Positions 1 through 10,171 of a stretch of DNA of 64,000 bases are shown piece by piece; within the stretch, counting starts at the first letter, position 1, and the number at the start of each line of letters is the position of its first letter. The DNA comes from Candidatus Sericytochromatia bacterium (GTDB lineage Bacteria; Cyanobacteriota; Sericytochromatia; S15B-MN24; UBA4093): NCBI GenBank assembly GCA_036676985.1, contig JAKFBU010000027.1, positions 192,001 through 256,000 of the forward strand. Reading direction: 5' to 3'. The translations under genes and the position numbers were made by a program. Below the pieces are notes generated by a model. It made no database searches, was not told where the DNA came from, and was given only the letters and a program-made list of their open reading frames with translations.

Positions 1-1253
1 TGCTCCTCACGCTTGGAGCGCTGTACGTGATCCAGGACGAGAAGCAGTTCCCGACGAAGTACGGCTTGGACATCCAAGGCGGCATGCACCTTGTTCTCGA
101 GGCCAAGGACACGGCCAAGATCAAGGTCACCCCCGAGGTCATGCAGAGCGTCATCGCCGTCGTCCGCAACCGCGTCGACGCGTACGGCGTCAGCGAGCCC
201 TTGATCCAGAAGAAGGGCGATCGCCAGGTCGTGGTCGAGATGCCCGGCATCAAGAACCCCGACGAGGCGCGTCAGCTCCTCGGCAAGACGGCTCACCTGA
301 CCTTCTGGGAGCTGCCCGGCAACGTCCAGGCGCCCACCGCCACCGCCACCGGCAGCGCCAGCCCCTGGGTCAAGACCGAGCTCGACGGCAGCATGCTCGT
401 CGAGGCCAAGGCCGAGCCCGATCCGCAGCACGGCGGCTGGCAGATCGCCATCAAGTTCAACCCGGAAGGCTCCAAGCTCTTCGGCGAGATCTCGAGCCGC
501 AACGTCGGCAAGCCCGTCGCCATGCGCCTCGACGACCAGGAGATCTCGGCGCCCCGCATCGAGGGTCCCATTCTCGGCGGTGCGGCCCAGATCACGGGCA
601 ACTTCGACGCCAAGCAGGCCCAGCAGCTCGCGGTCCAGCTCAAGGCGGGCTCCCTGCCCGTTCCCCTGGAAGAGGTGGAGACCCGTACCATCGGCCCCAC
701 GCTCGGCCAGGACACGGTCCGCGCCTCCATGTTCGCGGGTGTCGTCGGCTTCGCCGCCGTCGTCCTCTTCATGCTCGGCTACTACCGTCTGCCGGGCCTG
801 GTGGCGGCCATCGCGCTCGCCATCTACGCCGCGCTCAACTTCGCCATCTTCAAGCTGATCCCCGTCACCCTGACGGTGCCCGGCATCGCGGGCTTCATTC
901 TCTCGATCGGCATGGCGGTCGACGCCAACATCCTCATCTTCGAGCGCACCAAGGAAGAGCTCAAGCGCGGCCGCAGCCTCTACGCCGCGATCGAGATCGG
1001 CTTCAAGCGGGCGTTCACCGCGATCTTCGACTCCAACTCCACGACCCTGCTCACCTGTGCCATCCTCTACTACTTCGGCACCGGCCTGGTCCGCGGGTTC
1101 GCGCTCACCCTGGCCATTGGCGTCATCGTCTCGATGTTCACGGCCATCACCGTCAGCCGCGCTCTCTTGCACGCTCTGCTCGAGGGTCGCAGGGGCCTCA
1201 AGTCGCCGTCCTACTTCGGCGTCAAGGTCCCGGCCAGCGACAAGGCTAGCTAG
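1..1253 (+). CDS. secD: Protein translocase subunit SecD (5' end lies outside the window)
   Basis: GLDIQGG, RVDAYGVSEP, LKAGSLPVPL, GMAVDANILIFER motifs; the frame is open back to base 3, so GTG27 is not the true start. Confidence 0.96.
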   Translation, partial: LLTLGALYVIQDEKQFPTKYGLDIQGGMHLVLEAKDTAKIKVTPEVMQSVIAVVRNRVDAYGVSEPLIQKKGDRQVVVEMPGIKNPDEARQLLGKTAHLTFWELPGNVQAPTATATGSASPWVKTELDGSMLVEAKAEPDPQHGGWQIAIKFNPEGSKLFGEISSRNVGKPVAMRLDDQEISAPRIEGPILGGAAQITGNFDAKQAQQLAVQLKAGSLPVPLEEVETRTIGPTLGQDTVRASMFAGVVGFAAVVLFMLGYYRLPGLVAAIALAIYAALNFAIFKLIPVTLTVPGIAGFILSIGMAVDANILIFERTKEELKRGRSLYAAIEIGFKRAFTAIFDSNSTTLLTCAILYYFGTGLVRGFALTLAIGVIVSMFTAITVSRALLHALLEGRRGLKSPSYFGVKVPASDKAS

Positions 1254-1264
1254 GAGGAATCGGC

Positions 1265-2224
1265 ATGGCCATCAACGAAACGCAACTTCCCGAAACCCAC
1301 ATCGTCGACGTCATGGGCCGCAAGAACCTCTGGTTCGGCGTCTCGATCGCCATGGTGCTCGCGGCGCTCATCGCCATCGGCGTCTGCTTCCAGAAGTTCG
1401 GCGCCCCGGTCAAGCTGGGCATCGACTTCACGGGCGGCACGCTCATGGAGGTCACCTTCAACCAGCCCGAGAAGACCGAGGACGTCCGGCACGCCTTCGA
1501 GTCCAAGGGCGTCGAGCCGCACATCACGGCCTCGACCGACGGCAAGACCTTCTCGGTCCGCTCGCAGTACCTCGACAAGACCAAGTCGCTCGAGGTCAAG
1601 GATGAGCTGCGCAAGGTCGGAGCGTTCGACGAGCAGCACTTCCGCCTGGAATCGGTCGGTCCCACCATCGGTCAGGAGCTCCTCCGCAACGCCGCCATGG
1701 CCCTCGGCATCGGCATCGTGGGCATCCTCCTCTACATCACCTTCCGCTACCAGTTCGACTTCGCCCTCTCGGCCATCATCGCGATGGTCCACGACGGCAT
1801 CCTCATGATCGGCTCCTTCGCCTTCTTGAGCCTGACCGTAGGATCCGAGGCCGACGGCCTGCTCGTGGTCGCGCTGCTCACCATCATGGGCTTCTCGGTC
1901 CACGACACGATCGTCATCTTCGACCGCTTCCGCGAGAACCTCAAGTTCGCGAAGAAGGGCGACACCTTCGGCGACATCGCCAACCGGAGCGTCAACCAGA
2001 CCTTCGCGCGGTCCATCAACACCTCGCTGACGCTGGTGCTGGTGCTCCTGCCCCTGGTCCTCTTCGGCGGGCACACGATCTTCGCCTTCACGCTGGTCAT
2101 GCTGCTCGGGGTACTCTTCGGAGCCTACTCCTCGATCTTCAACGCGGGTCCGCTGCTCGTGATACTCCGCGAGCGCAACGCCAAATCCAAGCCGCAGCAG
2201 ACGGCTGCGAACGGCGCGACCTAA
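1265..2224 (+). CDS. secF: Protein translocase subunit SecF
   Basis: LGIDFTGG, ESVGPTIG, GFSVHDTIVIFDRFRE motifs; AGGAGG SD; follows secD. Confidence 0.96.
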   Translation: MAINETQLPETHIVDVMGRKNLWFGVSIAMVLAALIAIGVCFQKFGAPVKLGIDFTGGTLMEVTFNQPEKTEDVRHAFESKGVEPHITASTDGKTFSVRSQYLDKTKSLEVKDELRKVGAFDEQHFRLESVGPTIGQELLRNAAMALGIGIVGILLYITFRYQFDFALSAIIAMVHDGILMIGSFAFLSLTVGSEADGLLVVALLTIMGFSVHDTIVIFDRFRENLKFAKKGDTFGDIANRSVNQTFARSINTSLTLVLVLLPLVLFGGHTIFAFTLVMLLGVLFGAYSSIFNAGPLLVILRERNAKSKPQQTAANGAT

Positions 2225-2231
2225 CCCCCGT

Positions 2232-2264
2232 CACCCCCCGGCCCGGCGTCGGGGGGTGCTTTTT
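2232..2264 (+). terminator. Rho-independent terminator after secF
   Basis: CACCCCCCGG/TCGGGGGGTG stem followed by a T tract. Confidence 0.8.
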
Positions 2265-2266
2265 GC

Positions 2267-2295
2267 TTGCCGGTCAACCTTAACTGCGTTAAACT
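2267..2295 (+). promoter_or_regulatory. Sigma70-type promoter of mrp-marR with overlapping palindrome
   Basis: TTGCCG(2267)-N17-TAAACT(2290); perfect inverted repeat TTAAC-TGC-GTTAA at 2280-2292. Confidence 0.6.
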
Positions 2296-2332
2296 TTACC
2301 TAGACTACCCACCTCAAGGAGCTTTCCAGCCC

Positions 2333-3406
2333 ATGGCAACCACCGAACAAGTCCTCAAGGCCCTCTCCACCGTCAACGATCCCGAGCTGCACCGGGATCT
2401 CGTGTCGCTCAAGATGATCGACGACTTGCGAATCGAGGGCAGCACCGTTCGCTTCAAGGTCATCCTGACCACCCCTGCCTGCCCCCTCAAGGGCAAGATC
2501 CAGTCCGACTGCACCGAGGCCGTCCTGAAGATGGTCCCGGGCGTCACGGACGTCGTCATCGAGTGGGGCGCCAACGTCAAGGCGAGCCTGCAGCCCACCT
2601 CCATCCCCGGCGTCAAGCACGCCGTGGCCATCGGCTCGGGCAAGGGCGGCGTCGGCAAGTCGACCGTCACCGTCAACCTCGCCTTGGCCCTCGCCGAGAC
2701 GGGTGCCAAGGTCGGCGTCCTCGACGCGGACATCTACGGCCCCTCGATCCCGCTTATGATGGGCATCAACGAGAAGCCCTTCATCAAGGACGGCAAGGTT
2801 CTGCCCCTCGAGAAGTACGGCGTCAAGCTGATGTCTATCGGCTTCTTGCTCGAGAACCCGGACGACCCCGTCATCTGGCGCGGTCCCATGCTCGCGGGCG
2901 TCCTCCAGCAGTTCGTGCGCGAGGTGGACTGGGGCGAGCTCGACTACCTGCTCATCGACCTGCCGCCCGGCACGGGGGATGTGCCCTTGAGCCTCACCCA
3001 GCAGATCCCGCTCTCGGGCGTGGCCATCGTCCTGACGCCGCAGCCCGTGGCGCAGCAGATCGGCATGAAGAGCCTCAAGATGTTCCAGCAGCTGCCCACG
3101 CAGGTGCCCGTCCTCGGCATCATCGAGAACATGAGCGCCTTCGTGTGCCCCGAGTGCTCGCACGCGACGCCCATCTTCTCGGCCGGCGGCGGTACCAAGA
3201 TGAGCGAGGTGGCAGGTGTCCCCATGCTCGGCGAGATCCCGCTGGATCCCAAGATCCGCACCGGCGGTGACGAGGGCAAGCCCGTGTTCGTGGCCGAGCC
3301 GCAATCGCCCCAGGCCGAAGCGTTCCGCAACATCGCCCGCCACATGGCTGGTCAGGTCTCCATCCGGGAATTCAACCGGATGGTGGAGCTGCCGGTCCTC
3401 CGCTAA
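2333..3406 (+). CDS. mrp: Mrp/NBP35 (ApbC) Fe-S cluster carrier ATPase with N-terminal DUF59 domain
   Basis: DPEL..LTTPACP (DUF59), GKGGVGKST, DADIYGPS, DLPPGTGD, CPEC; AAGGAG SD before ATG2333. Confidence 0.95.
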   Translation: MATTEQVLKALSTVNDPELHRDLVSLKMIDDLRIEGSTVRFKVILTTPACPLKGKIQSDCTEAVLKMVPGVTDVVIEWGANVKASLQPTSIPGVKHAVAIGSGKGGVGKSTVTVNLALALAETGAKVGVLDADIYGPSIPLMMGINEKPFIKDGKVLPLEKYGVKLMSIGFLLENPDDPVIWRGPMLAGVLQQFVREVDWGELDYLLIDLPPGTGDVPLSLTQQIPLSGVAIVLTPQPVAQQIGMKSLKMFQQLPTQVPVLGIIENMSAFVCPECSHATPIFSAGGGTKMSEVAGVPMLGEIPLDPKIRTGGDEGKPVFVAEPQSPQAEAFRNIARHMAGQVSIREFNRMVELPVLR

Positions 3407-3421
3407 GGACGTCGTCGCCCT

Positions 3422-3976
3422 ATGAAAGACGTGCTCCTGCGCGATGCCGAGACCCTGTTCGGCCTGTTCACCGACCTCGTCCACCGGGTGCTGGTCACGG
3501 AGATCCTGCCGGACATCGCCGACCTGGACCTGACGCATGCCCAGGTCGAGGCGCTGCTGTTCCTGGTGCGCCACGACCCGGCATGCGTGGGGGACCTGGC
3601 CGACGGCCTGGACATCAGCTACCCGGCGGCCACCAAGGCCATCGACCGGCTGGTCGCCAAGGGCCTGGTGACGCGTCGGGAAAGCGAGCGGGACCGCCGC
3701 CAGTCCGAGCTCACGGTGACCGAGGACGGGCGCGAGGTCATCGAGCGCATCCGGGTCGCCCGGCGCGCGCGTCTGGAGGCCATCTTCGCCCGCATGTCCG
3801 GTGATGACCAGCGGGCCCTGCTCAAGGGCCTCAAGGGCTTCCTCACCGCGGGCTTCATGACCGACAAGGAGCTCATCATGTCCACCTGCCAGCGCTGCGG
3901 CGTGGACTGCTTCACGGACTGCGTGGTCAACCAGTCGCACCTCGCCTTCCTGGGATGTGAGATCTCGGGCGTCTAG
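3422..3976 (+). CDS. MarR-family transcriptional regulator with Cys-rich C-terminal tail
   Basis: Winged HTH (LADGLDISYPAATKAIDRLVAKGLVTR..DRR..LTVTEDG); tail CQRCGVDCFTDC. Confidence 0.88.
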   Translation: MKDVLLRDAETLFGLFTDLVHRVLVTEILPDIADLDLTHAQVEALLFLVRHDPACVGDLADGLDISYPAATKAIDRLVAKGLVTRRESERDRRQSELTVTEDGREVIERIRVARRARLEAIFARMSGDDQRALLKGLKGFLTAGFMTDKELIMSTCQRCGVDCFTDCVVNQSHLAFLGCEISGV

Positions 3977-4194
3977 ACCGCGACCCGATCGCGCCCCGGA
4001 GTGGCCATGGCCGTCCGGGGCGCGCGTCGTTCTGGAGGCCGTCCAGGGCGCGCCGCAGGGCCCTTCGAGCGGCATGAACGCTGGACGTTCGGCTTTACTC
4101 GCGCCTGCCTGCCGGGGTACAATGCTGTTTCGACACGCCCCCGAGGCGCACCCGGGCGTTCGTGTCATGAGGCCTGGGGCCTGAGGAGTATGCG

Positions 4195-5502
4195 ATGCAA
4201 GCAGATATCATCCTCATCACCAACGGCCCCGGCGAGCTCTCCACGTGGGTCAAGCCCATCGTTCGCCAGCTCCGCGCGGAGTTGCCCACCGCCCGCCTGA
4301 CCATCGCCCTGGTCCCCTGTCCATACGCCAGTGGGGAGGAGCGCCGCTCCATCGAGGCCTGGGGCGTACCGGTGAGGGTCTGGGACCCCTCGGAGACCGT
4401 GCGCTACCTGCTCGGCGGCCGCATGCCTTCCAATGATGCCCTGCGGGACTACGGGACGGTGCTGTTCCTCGGTGGCGACCAGATCTTCGGCGTCATGATG
4501 GCCCACCGCACGGGCTATCCCCTGCTCTGCTACACCGAGACGACGGGCCGCTGGGCGACATGGGTCGATCGCTTCCTCATCAGCGATCGCAAGGCCTTCC
4601 TCAACCTGCGCAGCAAGCGCATCCCCCCCCGCAAGCTCGCCATGGTCGGCAACCTCATGGTCGATGCCGTCCGGCCCAACTACGACCCCAACGACGTGCG
4701 CGCCCGTCTGGGGCTGTCGTCCGAAGCCCCGGTGGTGGGCCTCCTGCCGGGGAGCAAGCCCTTCAAGGTCAAGTACATCACGCCGCTGCTGCTCAAGGCC
4801 GCCGAGCTCCTGTGGGAAGAGGATCCCTCGGTGCAGTTCGTCTTGCACCAGTCTCCCTTCACCCCCCTGACCCAGATCGCCCAGACCCTCCAGGACGAGC
4901 GGCTCCAGAAGGTGACGGGCGGATGCGGCGGGCGCCTGGTGACCGTCAAGGACCAGACCTACATCTTCACGCCCAACGGCGCCCAGATCCAGATCCTGGG
5001 CCCCGAGCACCACTACCAGGGCATGTCCGTCGCAGATCTGGCGCTCACCGTGCCTGGCACCAACACGGCCGAGCTCGCCATCCTGGGCGTGCCCATGCTC
5101 GTGCTGTTGCCCCTCAACAAGCCCGAGGAGATCCCCCTGGACGGCCTCGCAGGCCAGATCGGCGGCCTGCCGCTCATTGGCAAGCCCCTCAAGCGTATGG
5201 TCGTCAACGGCCTCGCCAAGCGCCTCAAGCTCATCGCGCTGCCCAACCAGCGCGCAGGCTCCGAGATCACGCCCGAGCTCAAGGGCGTCATCACTCCGGA
5301 AGACGTCTTCAAGGCCACCAAGGCCCTGCTGGACGACGCCGAGCGCCGCCGGCAGATCCGGCTGGATCTGTACCAGGCCATGGGGTATCCGGGGGCTGCC
5401 GCCGCCGTCGTGGCCATCGTCCGCGAGACGCTCGCCAACACCGCCCGGCACATGCCCCGCCTGTCCCCGCCCGCCCATCAGGAGCAACAGGAACCCAACT
5501 AG
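4195..5502 (+). CDS. lpxB: Lipid-A-disaccharide synthase-like glycosyltransferase (cyanobacterial-type LpxB)
   Basis: ILITNGPGELSTWV N-terminus, VGNLM, LLPGSK, ADLALTVPGTNTAELAILGVPM, LPN motifs; next to an MsbA-like gene; TACAAT -10 at 4118. Confidence 0.75.
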   Translation: MQADIILITNGPGELSTWVKPIVRQLRAELPTARLTIALVPCPYASGEERRSIEAWGVPVRVWDPSETVRYLLGGRMPSNDALRDYGTVLFLGGDQIFGVMMAHRTGYPLLCYTETTGRWATWVDRFLISDRKAFLNLRSKRIPPRKLAMVGNLMVDAVRPNYDPNDVRARLGLSSEAPVVGLLPGSKPFKVKYITPLLLKAAELLWEEDPSVQFVLHQSPFTPLTQIAQTLQDERLQKVTGGCGGRLVTVKDQTYIFTPNGAQIQILGPEHHYQGMSVADLALTVPGTNTAELAILGVPMLVLLPLNKPEEIPLDGLAGQIGGLPLIGKPLKRMVVNGLAKRLKLIALPNQRAGSEITPELKGVITPEDVFKATKALLDDAERRRQIRLDLYQAMGYPGAAAAVVAIVRETLANTARHMPRLSPPAHQEQQEPN

Positions 5503-7241
5503 TGACCCCGGCCTCCAACCTCCTGCGCTGGGCGCGGCTCATCCCCTACGTCAGGCCCTACGGGCTGCCCCTCATCGGGGCCATCGTCGCCATCCTCGCC
5601 ACCTCCGTCTCCACGCTCGGCACCATCCCGGTCGCGCGCCAGGCGGCTCTCACCTTCGAGCATCTCAGCCTCGAGCGCCTCAACGCCCTCATCGTGGCCT
5701 TGATCGCGGTCTACGCGGGCAAGAGCCTCTTCAGCTGGCTCGCGAACCTGGCGGCCTCCTACGTGGCGCTGCGAGCCGTCGCCGACCTGCGCACCGCGCT
5801 CTACGGCCACCTGCAGGAGCAGGGCCTCGACTTCTTCGAGCAGCGCGCGGCGGGTGATCTGTCCGCCCGGCTCGTCAACGACGTGAACCTCCTCAAGGAC
5901 GCACTGGTGGTCGCGACCGCCGAGCTCACGCCGAGCCTCTTCATCGTCGTGGCGGCCTTCGGCTACCTGTTCGTCCTCAACTGGCACCTGGCGGCCCTCG
6001 CCGTCATGGGGATGCCCCTCGTCGGGTGGGCCATCGGCCAGTTCGCGGGGCGCCTGCGGACCTGGTCGGTCGATACCCAGGGCCGGGTGGGCGACATGCT
6101 GGCGTACCTCAACGAGCGGCTCTCGAACGTCCTATTGGTCAAGAGCTTCGGTCAGGAGCGTCACGAGGCCAACCGATTCGCCGACTACAACCGTCGCCAC
6201 TTCTTCGCGACCTTCCGGAGCGCGCAGGTCCAGGCCCTACAGACCCCGGTGGTAGGCTTCCTTCAGATCATCGCCATCGGCGGCGTGCTGTGGCTCGGTG
6301 GCTACGAGATCCTGACGGGCCGGCTGACGGTGCCGAACCTGCTGGCCTTTGCGGCGGCAGTGGGGGTCTGCATCGACCCGGTGCTCGTGGTCTCGAACGC
6401 CGTGGGCAAGATTCAACAGGCCTCGGGCGCCTTGGAGCGCATCTTCGAGCTGATGGACGTGCAGCCCAAGCTGGTCGAGGCACCCCATGCCCGCGAGCTG
6501 GAAGATTTTCGAGGGGACGTGGCGTTTCGGCGGGTGCGCTTCAGCTATGACGGCCAGCAAGACGTGCTGGCGGGCGTCGACCTCGAGGTGCCCGCAGGCT
6601 CGGTGCTCGCCCTCGTGGGGCCGTCCGGCGGCGGCAAGACGACCATCACCAAGCTGCTGCAACGCATCTACGATCCGACGGACGGCGCCATCCTCCTGGA
6701 CGGCGTGGACCTGCGCGACCTCAAGCTCGGGTGGCTCAGGGGCCAGATCGGCTACGTCTCGCAGGACAGTCCGGTGTTCGCGGGCACCATCGCCGACAAC
6801 CTCCGCTACGGCCGGCCCGACGCCAGCGACGCCGAGATGGTGGCGGCCGCTCAGGCCGCCAACGCCCATGGCTTCATCACCGCTCTGCCCGATGGGTACC
6901 GCACGGAAGTGGGCGAGCGCGGCGCCACGCTCTCAGGTGGACAGCGTCAGCGACTGGCCATCGCCCGGGCGCTCCTGCGAAACCCGCGGCTGCTCATCCT
7001 GGACGAAGCGACCTCTGCGCTCGACGCCGAGTCCGAGGCGCTCGTGCAAGAAGCCCTGGAGCACCTCATGGCGGGGCGCACGACGCTCATCGTCGCCCAC
7101 CGCCTCGCGACCATCCAGCGCGCCGACCGCATCGTGACCCTCGCGGACGGCCGGATCCGCGAGCAGGGCACCCATCGTGAGCTGCTCGCGCAAGGAGGGC
7201 TGTATGCCCAGTGGTATGACCGCCAAGCCCTCGCTCGGTAG
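5502..7241 (+). CDS. ABC exporter, fused TMD-NBD, MsbA-like
   Basis: N-terminal TM helices; Walker A GPSGGGKT, LSGGQRQR, LLILDEATSALD, AHRL; GTG overlaps the lpxB stop. Confidence 0.9.
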   Translation: MTPASNLLRWARLIPYVRPYGLPLIGAIVAILATSVSTLGTIPVARQAALTFEHLSLERLNALIVALIAVYAGKSLFSWLANLAASYVALRAVADLRTALYGHLQEQGLDFFEQRAAGDLSARLVNDVNLLKDALVVATAELTPSLFIVVAAFGYLFVLNWHLAALAVMGMPLVGWAIGQFAGRLRTWSVDTQGRVGDMLAYLNERLSNVLLVKSFGQERHEANRFADYNRRHFFATFRSAQVQALQTPVVGFLQIIAIGGVLWLGGYEILTGRLTVPNLLAFAAAVGVCIDPVLVVSNAVGKIQQASGALERIFELMDVQPKLVEAPHARELEDFRGDVAFRRVRFSYDGQQDVLAGVDLEVPAGSVLALVGPSGGGKTTITKLLQRIYDPTDGAILLDGVDLRDLKLGWLRGQIGYVSQDSPVFAGTIADNLRYGRPDASDAEMVAAAQAANAHGFITALPDGYRTEVGERGATLSGGQRQRLAIARALLRNPRLLILDEATSALDAESEALVQEALEHLMAGRTTLIVAHRLATIQRADRIVTLADGRIREQGTHRELLAQGGLYAQWYDRQALAR

Positions 7242-8070
7242 CCGCCTGCCCGCCTGGGCCTCGCTGCTCGCCCTCCTGTGCGCCTTCCTCGTCTTCCTCG
7301 TCGCATGGGGCCTGGTCCTTTTCCTCGGCTTCCGGTTGGACCCGGGGCTCCTGGGACACCTCCAGGACGTCCCACAGCGCGTCCTCGACGTGTACACCAT
7401 CGGTCTCTACCTGGGCCTCGTCCTGCTCATGGGGCTCTACTGGTCCGGCTTCGAGGGTCGGCATTGGCGGGATCTCGGTCTGGCGTGGCCGCCGCGCCAG
7501 CTCTCGGAAGGGCTGTCGCTCGGCCTGGGCGGCCTCGTCACCATCTACGGCATCGCCACGCTCGCCGGCTGGGCCCGCTACATGCCGCCCGCCCAGTGGG
7601 CGCTCGGACTGGTGCTGATCGACGTGGCGGCGGCCCTGGCCATGGCGCTGGCCGAGGAGGTGCTGTTCCGGGGGATCCTCCTGCGGACGCTCTTACGGGA
7701 TGTGCGGCCGGCCGCGGCCATCGGGGTCAGCGCCGTCCTCTACGCGCTGGCGCACTTCGTGCGCCCGGGCATGACCCTGGAGACGAGCATCCTTCCCTTC
7801 TTGGGCCTATCGGCGACGGGCGTCCTGTTCGCCTACGCGGCGTGGTCGCGCGGCTCGCTCTGGCTCTCGACGGGCATGCATGCGGCGTGGATCTTCTTCA
7901 TCACGCTCTCGAGCCAGCTCAACCTCTGGTACTACGACCCGGCGGGGAAGCCCTGGACGGGCAACGGCTACCCGCCGTCGGGCGCGCTCGCGGCCCTCGT
8001 GATGATCGGATGCTTCCTCCTGCTAACGCTCAAGAGCAGGCTTGCGGGACGTCAAACCCCCCATCACTAA
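7204..8070 (+). CDS. CPBP/Abi (type II CAAX) intramembrane glutamic protease
   Basis: EEVLFRG, YALAH, MHAAW motifs; AAGGAGG SD before ATG7204. Confidence 0.88.
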   Translation: MPSGMTAKPSLGSRLPAWASLLALLCAFLVFLVAWGLVLFLGFRLDPGLLGHLQDVPQRVLDVYTIGLYLGLVLLMGLYWSGFEGRHWRDLGLAWPPRQLSEGLSLGLGGLVTIYGIATLAGWARYMPPAQWALGLVLIDVAAALAMALAEEVLFRGILLRTLLRDVRPAAAIGVSAVLYALAHFVRPGMTLETSILPFLGLSATGVLFAYAAWSRGSLWLSTGMHAAWIFFITLSSQLNLWYYDPAGKPWTGNGYPPSGALAALVMIGCFLLLTLKSRLAGRQTPHH

Positions 8071-8220
8071 CCACGCCCCGGCGGGGGCGTGTCGGGAGCG
8101 TCCTGCTTCGCCACGGTGGCGGCGGCATGGGGCCGGTCAGAGCAGCGCCACGTCCAACGGGCATGGGGCCTCCAACGTCGTTACGGGTTCTACCCTGCTC
8201 GATTGCGTGGCCTGACCACG

Positions 8221-8250
8221 AAAGAAGCGCCGGCACGACGGCCGGCGCTC
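8221..8250 (-). terminator. Terminator after the small acidic protein gene
   Basis: AGCGCCGGC/GCCGGCGCT stem followed by TCTTT on the minus strand. Confidence 0.65.
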
Positions 8251-8265
8251 GAGGGATCGATGGGA

Positions 8266-8532
8266 TTAGCCGGACGGCGAGTGATCCGTCGGCTCGCGGA
8301 AACCCAGCGTCTCGAAGTGCAGCCGGGGCTCTCCGCCCTCGGTCTCTTCCAGTGGAGCCGGGATGGTCTGGTCCGCGCTCAGCTCGGTCATCTCGGCCTC
8401 GGGGTGCTCGTGGTGACGAAAGGCCGCTTCGGATTCCCAGCCGGGGTTTTCCGACACCAGCCCATCTGCCCGTTCCTTGTCGATGATGTAGCGCGAGTCG
8501 CCCGCCCCGGTACCGTCAATCACCCGTTTCAT
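8266..8532 (-). CDS. Small acidic hypothetical protein (88 aa)
   Basis: Strong AGGAGGAGG SD and its own downstream terminator. Confidence 0.65.
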   Translation of the reverse strand: MKRVIDGTGAGDSRYIIDKERADGLVSENPGWESEAAFRHHEHPEAEMTELSADQTIPAPLEETEGGEPRLHFETLGFREPTDHSPSG

Positions 8533-8635
8533 CGCTCGTCCTCCTCCTGTGGCTCGGAGTTTGGACCCACCCTATCCCACGCGGATCACCGGGTCAACAG
8601 ACGAATAGGGCGCACCCCGCTTCGGAGAGCGGCGT

Positions 8636-10171
8636 TCAGGGACGCTCCACGAGGCGCCAACCCCCAACTTCCGCCACGAGCCGATCGCCTGGGCGCGCCG
8701 CCAGGTGTTCCGCCTTGCCGACGTACCAGCCCCGGGGACCATGGGGGACCTGAGCCGGCTCCACCACGTCGAGGGCCCCCGGCAACCGGAAGCGGAGGGC
8801 CGAATAGGTGCAGAAGTCGCGGCCCAGGCCGCCCGGCAGGACGAGGTGAGCTTCGGCCGCGGCAGGCACCTGTGCTGCCGCTTGCCGTACGGCGGGTACG
8901 GCATCCCACAGGTGGAGGAGCTGGGCGGCCGCGACGAAGCTCAGGCCCACGCCCGCAGCCAGGCGGAACGCGACTCTCGCGCGATCCATGCGGCGCCAGC
9001 ACGCCCAGCCGCCCCACGCGAAGCTCAGACCGAGGGCGCCAACGGCGACGAGCGTCCATGCGGGCTGGGGGACCTCGAGCGGCAGCCGCATGAGCGGGAT
9101 GGCGACGACGGCAGCGACGACCAGGAGACTCAGCCCGAGATAGGACCCGCCGATCCAGCGATCGCCGGCGCGGGGCGGCTCCTTGACCCAGTCGGCCACG
9201 AGCAGGGCCACGGGCAGGAGCAGGGGCAGCGCATAGTGTTCGAACTTGGTCTGCATCAAGGAGATGACGACCAGGAAGACCGTCAAGAAGCTCGTGGCCA
9301 GGAACGCTGCGCCATCCCCCGCCCGCGCCCGGCGGAAGCCGGCCAGCACCGCAGCCGGGATCACGAGCGACCAGGGCAGGAAGGTCCCGAGCATGTGGAC
9401 GAGGTAGAAGGCCGGACCGAGCGGATCCTTGGCGAAGAGGCCCGACTGGGCACGCTCCAGCACCTGCTGACCCAGGTGGATCCGCCAGAAGTCCGCGCCG
9501 TGCATCCCGTGCATGGCCCCGTACCAGGCGATCGCGGGCAAGAGCCCGACGACGAGCCCCAGCAGGAGCGAGCGATCCGGCCAGCGACGGCGCCAGAGCA
9601 GGTAGGGCAGGCATGCGAAGGCGATGAGGCCTGCGAGCGCCCCCTTGGCCAGGATGAGCGCCCCGAGGCTGGGCCCCACCAACCATCCGAAGCGGCGATC
9701 GCGGGTCTGGCCGAGCAGACCGAGCACCATTCCCGCAAGGGGCACCAGCGCGGGCACATCCAGCATGACCTGGTGCCAGACCTGGAGGAAGAGGCCTGTT
9801 GTCGCCGTGACGGCCCCGGCCACGAGCGCCGTGCGGACGTCCCGCCGGACGAGCCAGGCGATTCCGGCCGACGCCAGCACCACGAGCATGCCCGCCAGGA
9901 GCACGGGTAGTCGCGCCTGGAAGTCGCCCACGCCGAAGAGCGAGAAGGAGGCGGCGACGAGCCAGAAGAGCAGCGGAGGCTTCTCGAAGTTGGGGCCGCC
10001 GGCGTAGTGCGGCGTGATCCAGTCGCCGGTCTGAACCATCTCCTTGGCGATCTGGGCGTAGAACGCTTCGTCGCAGCCCTTGAGGCTCATGGCGTCCGAG
10101 CCCGCGAAGGCCAACAGCAGGGTGAGGAGGGCCAGCGCCCAGGGTGCGACTCTAGAGGAACTGAGCGGCAT
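8636..10171 (-). CDS. ArnT/PMT-like (GT83/GT39) lipid-linked glycosyltransferase
   Basis: DEAFYAQIAKEM..GDWITP..FEKPPL..W, ARLP, KG, TKFEHYALP; many TM helices. Confidence 0.9.
   Translation of the reverse strand: MPLSSSRVAPWALALLTLLLAFAGSDAMSLKGCDEAFYAQIAKEMVQTGDWITPHYAGGPNFEKPPLLFWLVAASFSLFGVGDFQARLPVLLAGMLVVLASAGIAWLVRRDVRTALVAGAVTATTGLFLQVWHQVMLDVPALVPLAGMVLGLLGQTRDRRFGWLVGPSLGALILAKGALAGLIAFACLPYLLWRRRWPDRSLLLGLVVGLLPAIAWYGAMHGMHGADFWRIHLGQQVLERAQSGLFAKDPLGPAFYLVHMLGTFLPWSLVIPAAVLAGFRRARAGDGAAFLATSFLTVFLVVISLMQTKFEHYALPLLLPVALLVADWVKEPPRAGDRWIGGSYLGLSLLVVAAVVAIPLMRLPLEVPQPAWTLVAVGALGLSFAWGGWACWRRMDRARVAFRLAAGVGLSFVAAAQLLHLWDAVPAVRQAAAQVPAAAEAHLVLPGGLGRDFCTYSALRFRLPGALDVVEPAQVPHGPRGWYVGKAEHLAARPGDRLVAEVGGWRLVERP

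Noticed and set aside
4560-5501. N-terminal extensions in the ORF track (4560 ABC, 13166 ligase fusion, 56594 cyanophycinase, 25646 coaD, 23930 secreted protein)
   Set aside because: They overlap real upstream genes in another frame; starts were reassigned using SD sequences and stop/start overlaps.
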